Below, piece after piece: positions 8,077 to 17,807 of a stretch of DNA of 64,000 bases. The stretch lies in the NCBI GenBank assembly GCA_000995185.1, contig LCET01000005.1, forward strand, positions 84,277-148,276, written 5' to 3'. Source of the stretch: Candidatus Woesebacteria bacterium GW2011_GWC1_42_9. GTDB lineage: Bacteria; Patescibacteriota; Microgenomatia; UBA8517. The notes beneath the pieces are model-generated. The model was given only the letters and a program-made list of their open reading frames with translations. It did not search any database and was not told the origin of the DNA. Every line of letters begins with the position of its first letter. Within the stretch, counting starts at the first letter, position 1. The position numbers were made by a program, and so were the translations under genes.

Positions 8077-8976
8077 ATGTCGAGAGCTCGCTATAAAGCT
8101 TATCTATATATGCTTATTTCCTCAGCCATATGGGGAGTGGCGGCGCCGATGATCAAATTTACTCTTGAGGGAATCGACGTCTTGCCATTTCTCACTTACC
8201 GCTTCATTGTTGCCGGTCTATTTTCCCTCCCATTTGTATTGTTCACTAATCTTAAAATCCCAAACAAGTCCAGAAATTTACCATTGGTTATTCTTTATGG
8301 ACTTTTTGCTTTTACTATTGCCCTGGGCTTTTTATTCGTAGGACTAAAACAATCCACTGTTTTAGATTTAACTCTGATTACAATTATTTCTCCCTTAATT
8401 GCGGTGGTGGGAGGAGCGCTCGTTTTCCGAGACACTATCACCAAGCGTGAGAAAATGGGGATCGTAATCGCGCTTTTGGGAGTCATCACCGTGACCCTCC
8501 TTCCCCTTTACAAGGGCGAGGACGGCGTCCATTTTTCCGGGAACATTGCCCTTTTGACCTTTTTGGTCATCGACGTGGTCGGAGTATTAATCGGCAAAAA
8601 GCTTTTAAAAGATGGGGTGCATCCTGCCGCTCTGACTCACTGGGGATTTTTAGTGAGCGGGCTTGTGGTGACACCCTTTGCTATCGCTACAATTGGAGCA
8701 GGTCCACTGTGGGGCACAATCACCACACTTGAGCTGCAGTACCACCTCGGCGTCTGGTATATGGCGCTCATTTCCGGAACACTGGCATACTATTTATACG
8801 TCCTCGGTCAGAAAACAATTGAGGTCAGCGAAGCCGCACTTTTCAAATACTTACAGCCGATTTTTGCTATTCCTCTGGCAGTCTTGTGGCTTGGGGAAAA
8901 ATTCACACTACTTTTTGTAGTAGGGGCTGTAATTATTACTATCGGCATATTTATTGCCGAGAGCAAGCGCCAATGA
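8077..8976 (+). CDS. EamA/DMT-family permease
   Basis: Ten hydrophobic segments with the EamA two-repeat architecture. Confidence 0.75.
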   Translation: MSRARYKAYLYMLISSAIWGVAAPMIKFTLEGIDVLPFLTYRFIVAGLFSLPFVLFTNLKIPNKSRNLPLVILYGLFAFTIALGFLFVGLKQSTVLDLTLITIISPLIAVVGGALVFRDTITKREKMGIVIALLGVITVTLLPLYKGEDGVHFSGNIALLTFLVIDVVGVLIGKKLLKDGVHPAALTHWGFLVSGLVVTPFAIATIGAGPLWGTITTLELQYHLGVWYMALISGTLAYYLYVLGQKTIEVSEAALFKYLQPIFAIPLAVLWLGEKFTLLFVVGAVIITIGIFIAESKRQ

Positions 8977-8992
8977 TATAATCGTAAGTTCA

Positions 8993-9301
8993 ATGAAAGC
9001 AAAAATCCACCCGAAATGGTATCCGGAAGCTAAGGTAACTTGTGCCTGCGGGAACACTTTTACCCTTGGGGCCGCCGTGCCGGAAATTAAAATCGAAGTC
9101 TGCAGTGCCTGTCATCCTTTTTATACAGGTCAAATGAAATTCCTTGACGCCGCAGGGAGGGTGGATGCGTTCATGGCTAAAAGAGCCAAAGCAAGTAAAA
9201 AAGTACTATCCAAAGCTCAAAGGAGGGAAATTAAAAGGACCAAGCGCATCAAAGAAGAACTGGCAAAGCCGGCATCACTCAAGGAACTTCGAAAAAAATA
9301 A
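8993..9301 (+). CDS. rpmE: 50S ribosomal protein L31 (Zn-ribbon type) with a Lys/Arg-rich C-terminal extension
   Basis: MKAKIHPKWYPEAKVTCACGNTF...CSACHPFYTGQ...GRVDAF matches L31, followed by a ~35-aa basic tail. Confidence 0.85.
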   Translation: MKAKIHPKWYPEAKVTCACGNTFTLGAAVPEIKIEVCSACHPFYTGQMKFLDAAGRVDAFMAKRAKASKKVLSKAQRREIKRTKRIKEELAKPASLKELRKK

Positions 9302-9994
9302 ATGCAAACAGCGTACCTTGAAATTAGAGGCGCCACAGGGGGCGACGAAGCAAAAATATGGGCAAACGACCTTCTTCGCATGTACCACAGGTTCGCAATC
9401 AAAAAAAATTGGAAGACTTCCCTGATTAATGAATCTGTCCTTAAAATATCCGGAGAGGGAGCCTTTGATCTCCTGAAAGGGGAATCAGGCGTACACAGAG
9501 TGCAAAGGGTCCCGCAAACTGAAAAGCGCGGCCGCATCCATACTTCTACCGCTACAGTTGCAGTCCTCCCGGAAATCACGGAACACGAGATAAAAATAAA
9601 TAACGGCGATATCGAGTGGCAATTTATCAGGGCCTCCGGCGCCGGAGGACAAAACGTAAATAAAGTTTCCACTGCCGTAAGGCTCACTCATAAGCCAAGC
9701 GGGATCGTGATAGTTTCCAGACAGGAACGGGAGCAACTAAAAAACCGAAATATCGCCCTCTCCCTTTTGCGGTCAAAGCTGTGGGAGATAGAAGAAGAAA
9801 GGAAATTAAAAACAATTGAAGGCTACCGCTCGGCGATCGGGCGCGGGATGAGATCAGAAAAAATAAGAACTTACAACTACCACCAATCACGGGTCACCGA
9901 TCACCGGATCAAAAAAAGTTTTGGGAATCTTGAGAGCATTGTCGATGGAAACCTAGATAAACTTATCTCTACTCTGACGAGCCAGACAAAATAA
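9302..9994 (+). CDS. prfA: Class-I peptide chain release factor, RF1-type, lacking N-terminal domain 1
   Basis: [12 protein letters not shown]..., [26 protein letters not shown] (PxT motif = PQT) and [10 protein letters not shown] (GGQ). The ORF starts right after the L31 stop at the domain-2 boundary, so ~105 aa are absent. Confidence 0.8.
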   Translation: MQTAYLEIRGATGGDEAKIWANDLLRMYHRFAIKKNWKTSLINESVLKISGEGAFDLLKGESGVHRVQRVPQTEKRGRIHTSTATVAVLPEITEHEIKINNGDIEWQFIRASGAGGQNVNKVSTAVRLTHKPSGIVIVSRQEREQLKNRNIALSLLRSKLWEIEEERKLKTIEGYRSAIGRGMRSEKIRTYNYHQSRVTDHRIKKSFGNLESIVDGNLDKLISTLTSQTK

Positions 9995-11123
9995 CAGAAA
10001 GCTCAAGTGTTTCTTCACCCCTCCATAATTCCACTTCCACACTGTCGCCAACTTTCTTTTTCTTGATCGCGCTTGCCAGATTATTGTCTTCATTTAAATC
10101 TTCCCCACCAAACTTGGTAATGATGTCCCCCTCTTTTATCCCGGCCTTGTCCGCCCCGGATCCCGCGACAACAGAAGCAATGTAGGCACCCTCCGGCACC
10201 TCATTTACTATTGCGCTTCTTTTGCTTATCATCTGGTACTCCACCCCTAAAAACGGCTTTGAGGCAAAAGATCCATCCGTTTCGAAATGGTTAAGCGCTT
10301 CCTTTAGAACATTTATAGGGATGGCAAAGCCGATATTTTCTGCCCCATCGGCAATGGCCACATTTATCCCGATCACCTGCCCGGCAGAATTTAGAAGCGG
10401 CCCGCCGCTATTGCCCGGGTTTATCGCCGCATCTGTTTGAACCACATCATCTAATTCCTCGACGTATCCTTCAAAGGCGCTCCCGGCGGTTATCCCCCGG
10501 CCAAGCCCGGAAATTACTCCGGTCGTAACCGTATGCCTAAATTCTCCCAAAGCAGTCCCGATAGCCATCACATATTGCCCAACCTTCAGGTTTGAAGAAT
10601 CCCCCAACTCAACCGGTTGAAGCACTTGCCCCGCTCCCGCGAGGTCAATCTTAATTATCGCCAAATCATTTGCCGGATCGCGCTTAATATCGGTGACTTC
10701 ATACTCTTTATCATCACTCGTGATAACTTTATAAATTGCTCCTTGTACCGAAACAACGTGTTTATTTGTGACAATTAATCCATCGCGGCTAACAATAAAT
10801 CCTGACCCGATATCCTGAGGCTTTCCTCCTTCAAAACGCGAAGTAAATCCTTGAAAAAAATCAAAACCCATTACCTCTCTCTGGGGGAACTCGACAGAAA
10901 CTGTCACCACAGACGGAGAAACACGCTCGGCGATATCTATAGTCACAGACTCCTCCACCAATACTTTCTGTCCGTTTGCACCAACCGAAGTTCTCGGGAG
11001 CCAACTATCGAGGGTATCAAATCCAAAAATCCTATCCGCGATCGCTCCGCCTACCACCGAGGATACGATCACCACCCCCACCGCAAGTCCAAACATGAAA
11101 CTTCTCAAATTAAATAATTTCAT
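9969..11123 (-). CDS. HtrA/DegP-family serine protease with PDZ domain
   Basis: N-terminal TM, trypsin-like GNSGGPLLN catalytic-serine motif, C-terminal PDZ. Confidence 0.9.
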   Translation of the reverse strand: MKLFNLRSFMFGLAVGVVIVSSVVGGAIADRIFGFDTLDSWLPRTSVGANGQKVLVEESVTIDIAERVSPSVVTVSVEFPQREVMGFDFFQGFTSRFEGGKPQDIGSGFIVSRDGLIVTNKHVVSVQGAIYKVITSDDKEYEVTDIKRDPANDLAIIKIDLAGAGQVLQPVELGDSSNLKVGQYVMAIGTALGEFRHTVTTGVISGLGRGITAGSAFEGYVEELDDVVQTDAAINPGNSGGPLLNSAGQVIGINVAIADGAENIGFAIPINVLKEALNHFETDGSFASKPFLGVEYQMISKRSAIVNEVPEGAYIASVVAGSGADKAGIKEGDIITKFGGEDLNEDNNLASAIKKKKVGDSVEVELWRGEETLELSVILSGSSE

Positions 11124-11136
11124 TAGAGAAATTAAA

Positions 11137-12357
11137 TCAGTTAGTGATTAAGTAGTCAATCGCTTTGGCAAGCTGTTCATCTTCCGGGGTATCAAAATCA
11201 TCTTCAATTTCCACATCCGGCAGAAGCCCCTGGTCATTTACCCAATTCCCCTTTGGTGTGAGCCATTTGGCGATTGTCACATGGAGCCCTGCGCCGCTAT
11301 CAAGATACATCGGCTCCTGGATCGTTCCTTTCCCAAAAGTAGTCATGCCAATAATATCTGTCCCAAGATTTTCTCGCAAAGCACCCGCTAAAATCTCGGA
11401 GGCCGAAGCACTCCCGCCATCAGCTAAAATAACAAGCTTTTCGCCCTTAAGTCTCCCAGGCCCATTGGCCCTAAGTTCCTCAGTATGGGCGTTCCCGCGG
11501 TCTTCGATCACGACCAACTCATTTACATCCATAAAGTCGCCGCTCAAATCAACCGCTCCCTGCAAGTAACCCCCTGGGTTCCCCCTTAGATCAAGGATCA
11601 CGCCGCTTAAGTTATTGTGAAGTAAAATCTCCAAAACCGCCTTATCCCACTCGGCCTTGGTCTCAGCCCCAAATTTCATCACGCGAAGGTGAGCAATATC
11701 TTTTGTTTCCCCCACAAATGCCAGACTGACACTGGGGACATCAATACTCTTTCGAACCACATCCACAATGATGGGTTCATCGCTTCCTCCACGAAGAAGG
11801 GTAAGATTCACCTTTGTACCAGCTCTCCCTCGGATAAGCTGAACTGCCTCGGGCAGTGTGATCCCTGTGGTCCCGCGCTCTATGTCCTTTTCTTCATCTT
11901 TTATCCCGACGATATAGTCCCCAGCTTTAATCCCTGCCTCTTCGGCGGGAGTGCCCGGAAGAGGAGAAATGACGGCAAGTTGTTGGCCGCGAAAGCCAAT
12001 CTGGATCCCCACTCCCTCAAAATTTCCACTCAAATCTTCCTGAGTTACCTCATTTTCCCTGGGCGTCAAAAACACGGTATACGGATCCCCCACTGCCGCG
12101 ACCATCCCCTTGATCGCCCCATAAATCATATTAGCTTCATCTAGCTGGGAATTATCATAATAATTAGCGTCTAGGGTGTCCCAAATATTCCAAAATAATG
12201 AAAAATCTAAATCGCGATTTTTGGGAGATTCTCGATTAATAGTTATTTTGGGGACACTTGAAGCAGCTATTGAATATCCTAGTAAAAAGAAAAAAGTCCA
12301 TGATGTAAGGACAACAATCAGCTTTCTCACTTTTGGTAAAGTTAATTTAGGGATCAT
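11137..12357 (-). CDS. S41-family C-terminal processing peptidase
   Basis: PDZ domain plus the S41 catalytic region ...ILDLRGNPGGYL... and the Ser/Lys dyad context. Confidence 0.85.
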   Translation of the reverse strand: MIPKLTLPKVRKLIVVLTSWTFFFLLGYSIAASSVPKITINRESPKNRDLDFSLFWNIWDTLDANYYDNSQLDEANMIYGAIKGMVAAVGDPYTVFLTPRENEVTQEDLSGNFEGVGIQIGFRGQQLAVISPLPGTPAEEAGIKAGDYIVGIKDEEKDIERGTTGITLPEAVQLIRGRAGTKVNLTLLRGGSDEPIIVDVVRKSIDVPSVSLAFVGETKDIAHLRVMKFGAETKAEWDKAVLEILLHNNLSGVILDLRGNPGGYLQGAVDLSGDFMDVNELVVIEDRGNAHTEELRANGPGRLKGEKLVILADGGSASASEILAGALRENLGTDIIGMTTFGKGTIQEPMYLDSGAGLHVTIAKWLTPKGNWVNDQGLLPDVEIEDDFDTPEDEQLAKAIDYLITN

Positions 12358-12530
12358 CGTGCCGAATACGGAAGAAGGCCTAAAAACCTTGCTCTTTTAA
12401 TCGCTCTAACAAGTTGCCTTTGACTCTTTGGGGATAAGCCAGTTTTTGCCCGGCCTAAAATCCTCGCACGATCGCTCATATAGTGAGCCAACTCCTCATA
12501 ATTTTTATAAGAAAACTTTTCTTTTTTCAT
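12354..12530 (-). CDS. rpsR: 30S ribosomal protein S18 (58 aa; below the ORF-track cutoff)
   Basis: Manual translation gives MKKEKFSYKNYEELAHYMSDRARILGRAKTGLSPKSQRQLVRAIKRARFLGLLPYSAR, matching the S18 core. Its TGA stop overlaps the ATG of the S41 peptidase (ATGA). Confidence 0.8.
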   Translation of the reverse strand: MKKEKFSYKNYEELAHYMSDRARILGRAKTGLSPKSQRQLVRAIKRARFLGLLPYSAR

Positions 12531-12534
12531 TTAT

Positions 12535-12996
12535 TTAAAAAGGGATGTCATCCGCCGGCGCCTCTTTTTTAGGCTCTGCCTTTTTGGCGGGCTTAGCTTC
12601 ATCAACGCTCAAATCCTCCGGAATATCTTGGGGAGTGGGGGCGCTAGTTCCCCCACCTTCGCCAATCCTTTCCAGAAGGAGCATGTCGCTAATTACAATT
12701 TCTGTAGTCGTCCTTGGGTTCCCGTCTTTGTCTTCCCATTTTCTGGTTTGGATCCTTCCCTCTACAAATACTCTCTTCCCCTTACCCAAAAGCTGGGAGC
12801 AGATCTCGGCCAATTTATCCCAAGCCACAATCCGGTGAAATTCCGCCTCATCTTTGGTATCGCCAGATTCAGTTTTCCACTGCCTATTCGTCGCCACGCT
12901 AAAAGTGCACACGGCCGTCCCTTGAGGAGTATAGCGAAGCTCGGGATCCCGAGTCATATTACCTATCAAAGTTGCCCTATTTAAACTTCTTGCCAT
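12535..12996 (-). CDS. ssb: Single-stranded DNA-binding protein
   Basis: OB-fold N-terminus, Gly-rich linker, acidic C-terminal tip ...DDIPF. Confidence 0.95.
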   Translation of the reverse strand: MARSLNRATLIGNMTRDPELRYTPQGTAVCTFSVATNRQWKTESGDTKDEAEFHRIVAWDKLAEICSQLLGKGKRVFVEGRIQTRKWEDKDGNPRTTTEIVISDMLLLERIGEGGGTSAPTPQDIPEDLSVDEAKPAKKAEPKKEAPADDIPF

Positions 12997-12997
12997 T

Positions 12998-13294
12998 TCA
13001 CTCTTTCACTTTTTTACCTTCTTGCTTTATCAGCAAGTATCTAATGATATCCTCATTTAATCGAAGCTTCAAACCAAGCTCGCGCGCGGCGTTTGCTTCC
13101 AACTCTAAATCATACAATAAAAAGACACCTGTTTTCGATTTACCGATTTTATAAGCAAGAGTTTTAACACCCCAGTCGCTAAAATCGACAACTTTTCCCT
13201 TGAAAACCTTAAGAGTTTTTTCAACAGAAACACGGACGGACTTTTTCTTCGCCGCCGTAGCCTCTCCATCCAGGACCACCACTAATTCGTAGCT
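12998..13294 (-). CDS. rpsF: 30S ribosomal protein S6
   Basis: MSYELVVVLDG... Conserved rpsF-ssb-rpsR order. Likely start is the internal Met at 13294. Confidence 0.85.
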   Translation of the reverse strand, partial: SYELVVVLDGEATAAKKKSVRVSVEKTLKVFKGKVVDFSDWGVKTLAYKIGKSKTGVFLLYDLELEANAARELGLKLRLNEDIIRYLLIKQEGKKVKE

Positions 13295-13325
13295 CATGAC
13301 GGTAGTAGTATACCAGCACTCTGCC

Positions 13326-14297
13326 TTATCTTCCAATTCTGAACTCGATCACATCTCCATCTTCTACGATGTAATCTGCTCCCTCGATTTTCACCTTTCC
13401 ATTCTCTCGGCACTTTTTCCATCCCCCTCCGCCAGCTGGCGGACCGACAAAATCCTCAAATTTCACCACATCGGCTTTGATAAATTTCTTCATAAAGTCT
13501 GTGTGGATTACTCCCGCGGCATTTTGGGCATCAATCCCCTTTTCTATAGTCCATGCCCTCACTTCTTTCTCACCAGCAGTTAAAAAAGTGATCAACCCTA
13601 AAGTGGAAAATGCCTTTTTAATAAGCCTTTCCAATCCAGATTTCGCTACCCCCAAGGCGGCTAAATATTCCTTTTGATCCTCTTCAGATAACCCCGCTAA
13701 CTCTGACTCTGTTTTGGCGCAAATTGCAATCACTTGGTCTTTATTAAGATTATTATCACTCGCAAATTTTCCCTCAAGCCTCGCTGACCCAGGCAAGTCT
13801 TCTTCATCTACGTTCAAAGCTATCAAGATGGGTTTTTGGGAGAAAGGCAAGGCATTGGGGTGCTCCAAATCGGCTAAATCCAGCTCTATTTTTATGGTCT
13901 CAAAATCTTCGCGGGGACTTTTACTCCCCTCCCGAACGACGTTATCATCACTAAAGCCACGGAGAACATGACAAATTGCATCAACCTCCCTAATATGTGC
14001 CAAAAATTTATTTCCAAGCCCCTCCCCCTTATGCGCTCCTTTTACCAATCCCGCGATATCCAGGAACTCCACTGTCGAAGGCACAATTGGAGGTTTCCTA
14101 TGTTCTTTGTCCTCTGCACTTATCACTTCGGCGAGAGCATCGAGCCGATCATCCGGCACCGGAACCATGCCGATATTTGGCTCAATCGTCGCAAACGGGA
14201 AATTTGCAACATAGGCTTGTTGTTTTTTAAGAAGGGCATTAAAAAGGGTGCTCTTCCCCACATTGGGCAACCCCACTATCCCAACAGATAATGACAT
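13326..14297 (-). CDS. ychF: Ribosome-binding ATPase YchF (Obg-family)
   Basis: G1 motif GIVGLPNVGKST, NxxE-type G4, C-terminal TGS domain. Confidence 0.9.
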   Translation of the reverse strand: MSLSVGIVGLPNVGKSTLFNALLKKQQAYVANFPFATIEPNIGMVPVPDDRLDALAEVISAEDKEHRKPPIVPSTVEFLDIAGLVKGAHKGEGLGNKFLAHIREVDAICHVLRGFSDDNVVREGSKSPREDFETIKIELDLADLEHPNALPFSQKPILIALNVDEEDLPGSARLEGKFASDNNLNKDQVIAICAKTESELAGLSEEDQKEYLAALGVAKSGLERLIKKAFSTLGLITFLTAGEKEVRAWTIEKGIDAQNAAGVIHTDFMKKFIKADVVKFEDFVGPPAGGGGWKKCRENGKVKIEGADYIVEDGDVIEFRIGR

Positions 14298-14321
14298 AGT
14301 GGTATTTTAACAGGATGCTAA

Positions 14322-15266
14322 TTATTTTTCTTGATGATGCAGATAATTTCTAGCAATCTTCCCAGCGATTATAGCTTTAACAGACGACTTCTCTATCACT
14401 TCTCTTACATTTTCCCACTGGCCAGGGAAATTAAGATATGTTTCAAGGTCTCTATAATCAACCCAAATGTGAGCTCTGATTTCCTCATCTTGTGTTTTTA
14501 TCTCGGTATTCGTGCCTGAAAAACGAACAATAAATTGTATTTGCTTTTGCCCTTTATATTGGTTTCCTTTTTTTATCTGCTGAACCACAACAAAATCCGG
14601 GAACTCATATTTGTTTATAATTTTTGATTTTTCTATAATTTCAAATTTATCAGTACCCAATTCTTCTTTTAATTCACGAAAGACTGCTTCTTCGGGGGTT
14701 TCTCCTTCCTCGATACCTCCACCAGGCGTGTTCCAATCAGTATCGCCATAATTTATCAACTGAAGTAAAAGTATTTGATTATTACTATTCAAAATAACAG
14801 TATTAACTTTCTCCCGGTAAACCAAGCCCCCTTTAGCCTTCAAGTAGTTTGCGTAAGCGTTTTGGAAAGCCTCTTTGGCATAAATTCTGATTGCCTCTCC
14901 AAACTGGTTGCCATTCTTAACTTCATCAGAAACATTTTCGGGAAGGTGAACTTCAACTCCCTCTCCTATAAATTCATCACCGCTTTGGTCAACTAAACAG
15001 CTAAAAGTCACTAGGTGATACCCTTCGCCGTAATCATGAAGCCCTCCCTCCAAGCCAATCCAGAAGTCAGCATCAGGCTTTGCTTTTCTAGCATTAGTTG
15101 CCCGGTTCCTAGCACCTTGCTGGGTTGTTTCTTTATCAAGCGGTTGATCAATAACTTGAGAACTTACCCTTATTTTTTTTACTTCAGCACGTAAATTAAG
15201 TTCTCTCAATGCCTTTTGAACTATATTTGTTTTTATGTCGCTCGATGAACCGATAATTACTTTCAT
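14322..15266 (-). CDS. Fusion of a YjjX-family inosine/xanthosine triphosphatase with a NUDIX hydrolase
   Basis: N-terminus ...ETTQQGARNRATNARKAKPDADFWIGLEGGL aligns with E. coli YjjX. The C-terminus carries the Nudix box GGGIEEGETPEEAVFRELKEELG. Confidence 0.75.
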   Translation of the reverse strand: MKVIIGSSSDIKTNIVQKALRELNLRAEVKKIRVSSQVIDQPLDKETTQQGARNRATNARKAKPDADFWIGLEGGLHDYGEGYHLVTFSCLVDQSGDEFIGEGVEVHLPENVSDEVKNGNQFGEAIRIYAKEAFQNAYANYLKAKGGLVYREKVNTVILNSNNQILLLQLINYGDTDWNTPGGGIEEGETPEEAVFRELKEELGTDKFEIIEKSKIINKYEFPDFVVVQQIKKGNQYKGQKQIQFIVRFSGTNTEIKTQDEEIRAHIWVDYRDLETYLNFPGQWENVREVIEKSSVKAIIAGKIARNYLHHQEK

Positions 15267-15439
15267 CCATCTATTATATCTCTGCTTTCATCTCTGAAGC
15301 TATTTTACTATACCGAAGCTGTTACTGGAGCGTCATCTTCGAGATAAGCTAAATCAGCCAAGAATTGCCTGCAGTATTTTTGCGTCGCTACTCACATATA
15401 CAGCATATTAAAATGGTGAATTCAATTCAATAGCATATC

Positions 15440-16039
15440 TCACCGCGTAACCACTAACAAAAAATGCGGATAAGGTAAAAAACTTTTTAGGTTTATGCGA
15501 GTTTTTACACCAAACCCCAACTCCGTAAGCATCCTCTTATATCCATCTCGGGAAAGAAAATGAAGGCCTTCGTATTTGGTAAAGGTAAACTTAAATAATC
15601 GAGTCATGATCGTTTCCTCGATTTTCAGGACTTTATAAATAAAGCCTGATCCGTTCCCATTTTCAACTACAATCAAACTGCCGTTTTTTTTCAAAAGCTT
15701 CCGGCATATCTCAAAAAATTTACCTTTCTCCCGGCGCGGGAAAAGGTACAAAACATCGATCACAATAATGCAATCAAATCTTACCTTCCTATTTATTAAA
15801 TCGGATAGCTCGCATACTTCAAATTTTAAATTTTTTAGATGGCTATATTTACGCGCATGCCGGATCTTTATCTCTGAAGGATCAATCCCGGTTACTTGCC
15901 TATCTAAAGATCTTTCCGCCAATATTTTCGAAAACAATCCATGGCCACAGCCAACGTCTAGTATCTCCCCCTTTGAGGGCACAAATTTTTCTATTTCACC
16001 AAAGGGGCAAATGAGTGGACGGACAAATTCATAAAACAT
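15440..16039 (-). CDS. Class I SAM-dependent methyltransferase
   Basis: Motif I ILDVGCGHGLFS, plus a later acidic loop. Confidence 0.75.
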   Translation of the reverse strand: MFYEFVRPLICPFGEIEKFVPSKGEILDVGCGHGLFSKILAERSLDRQVTGIDPSEIKIRHARKYSHLKNLKFEVCELSDLINRKVRFDCIIVIDVLYLFPRREKGKFFEICRKLLKKNGSLIVVENGNGSGFIYKVLKIEETIMTRLFKFTFTKYEGLHFLSRDGYKRMLTELGFGVKTRINLKSFLPYPHFLLVVTR

Positions 16040-16049
16040 AATTAATTTT

Positions 16050-17777
16050 CTACTTTTTTTCTAACAAATAAAACGCAGGCTCGCCTGATGGAAGAGTTAT
16101 CACTCTCACTAAATGGAGGCCCGCAGGTACTCTGCTTGGCTCGGAGATTAGATTTGGTGCAATTTCCCGTTTGGAAGCGATATAAAGAGTGTCTTCATCC
16201 ATCACGAGAGAAAGTTTGTCCATCCCGATTTTTCCCTCCACTTGTCCGAAATAAAATTTTCCAACCTTTTTTAAATCCCCGAAACCAGCGACATATCCTT
16301 CTCCAAAACCTCTCTGCCAAACATTGGGGTCATAAGGATAATATGAGGCCAAAAAAATGTACGGCCTCTCCTCCGCATTGGTAATCACAATTTTGTCGTA
16401 CTGATTTTCATATTCTTTAACTGCTTCGATTGCTTCTTTGTATCCTGCATACCAGCTCTTTTCTGAATACCACGGATACCGTACCCAATAGTTATACTGA
16501 TAAAAAAACAAACTTATTAACAAAAGCACGGCGTAACTAAGGATAAATATCTTTTTATAAAACCTATTTTTGATGAAATTTACAGTTTCTACTAATCCAA
16601 AAGAAATAAGAAAAATTAAAGGCGGCAAGATCAGTATTAATCTAGTTGCGTGACCTCCCCCTTCAATTGTCAAAGAAGACGGGACTGCGCCAAAGATCAC
16701 CCAAAATGAGATTAATGCCTTATTTTTTTTTGACTCAGCTCCTCCGTCCAATTTGCTTTTGAAAAAAAGAATTATCCCCAATACCAAAAAAATTGCGTCG
16801 AGTTTGTAAAACTGGCCAACACCAACTACAGAGTGCCTTGAACTTATGTCCCCTTTCAAAAATAAAAATTGCGTTGAAAAAGACTCTAAATAATTTGTTG
16901 ATATTTTTGAAGTCCAAACAACAAATTTATTATTAACTATTCTTGAAGCAATTTTTGGTACTATTCCACCGTTATAAGTATTTCTTACTTGGGCATCGCT
17001 TAAGCGAGCAAGGCTAATTTCGGAGATAGTACTCTGGTCGCCAAGCACGCTAATATTTTTAAACCGATACGCTCCTCCCCCAAACACAACAACATAGATT
17101 AAAGGTAATATTAAAACCAACAACACCAAAACTACCCTGATCAAATGTTTTCTGGGGAACTTCACCAAGTCTTTCGACCAGACAAATGCTAAAAATATAA
17201 TAAGCGCGGGGGCAAATAATTTAGCGGTGCTATATGTCCACGGGGCCAAGCCAAGTAATAATGCCGAGACCCACAGGAACTTGGGCTTTTTTATACTTTT
17301 CAAAAAAAAATAGATCGCGCCGAGGATAAGAAACAATAGTTCACTTACTTCAAAACCAGCGCGGCTATAGTGGATGTGCCACGGAGAAAGCGCCATCAAA
17401 AAGGCACTCGTTAAAGCCAATGTCTCAGATTTGTCAATTTCTTTAACCAAAAAATACAGCATTAATACCCCAAGGATTCCAAATATCGCGGCCGGCAACC
17501 GCACGCCGTAAGGGGTAATACCAAAGACTGCAACAGAGGGAACAGTCGAATAAATATATAAAGGGGCTCGGTACTCAACGTACGATTGAAAGTGCAGGGG
17601 CCAGGGATTCCCAAAATAATCCTTGCCAGTTTTAAGAATAGAATATGCTTGATAACCCACATCTAGCTCATCGGTAAAGAGTGAGACAGGGACTCGATCA
17701 AGCCTCCATAAACGAAGTAAAGATGCAAGTAATAAAATTACAATCAACAATTTTCTACTCTGCACAAAACTGGACAT
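16050..17777 (-). CDS. GT39/ArnT-like (PMT_2 family) membrane glycosyltransferase
   Basis: 575 aa with about 12 TMs. N-terminal DE-containing loop (FTDELD). Architecture of 4-amino-arabinose/mannosyl transferases. Confidence 0.65.
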   Translation of the reverse strand: MSSFVQSRKLLIVILLLASLLRLWRLDRVPVSLFTDELDVGYQAYSILKTGKDYFGNPWPLHFQSYVEYRAPLYIYSTVPSVAVFGITPYGVRLPAAIFGILGVLMLYFLVKEIDKSETLALTSAFLMALSPWHIHYSRAGFEVSELLFLILGAIYFFLKSIKKPKFLWVSALLLGLAPWTYSTAKLFAPALIIFLAFVWSKDLVKFPRKHLIRVVLVLLVLILPLIYVVVFGGGAYRFKNISVLGDQSTISEISLARLSDAQVRNTYNGGIVPKIASRIVNNKFVVWTSKISTNYLESFSTQFLFLKGDISSRHSVVGVGQFYKLDAIFLVLGIILFFKSKLDGGAESKKNKALISFWVIFGAVPSSLTIEGGGHATRLILILPPLIFLISFGLVETVNFIKNRFYKKIFILSYAVLLLISLFFYQYNYWVRYPWYSEKSWYAGYKEAIEAVKEYENQYDKIVITNAEERPYIFLASYYPYDPNVWQRGFGEGYVAGFGDLKKVGKFYFGQVEGKIGMDKLSLVMDEDTLYIASKREIAPNLISEPSRVPAGLHLVRVITLPSGEPAFYLLEKK

Positions 17778-17807
17778 AGGTCATTCTACTATACTCGCCT
17801 TATTAAA

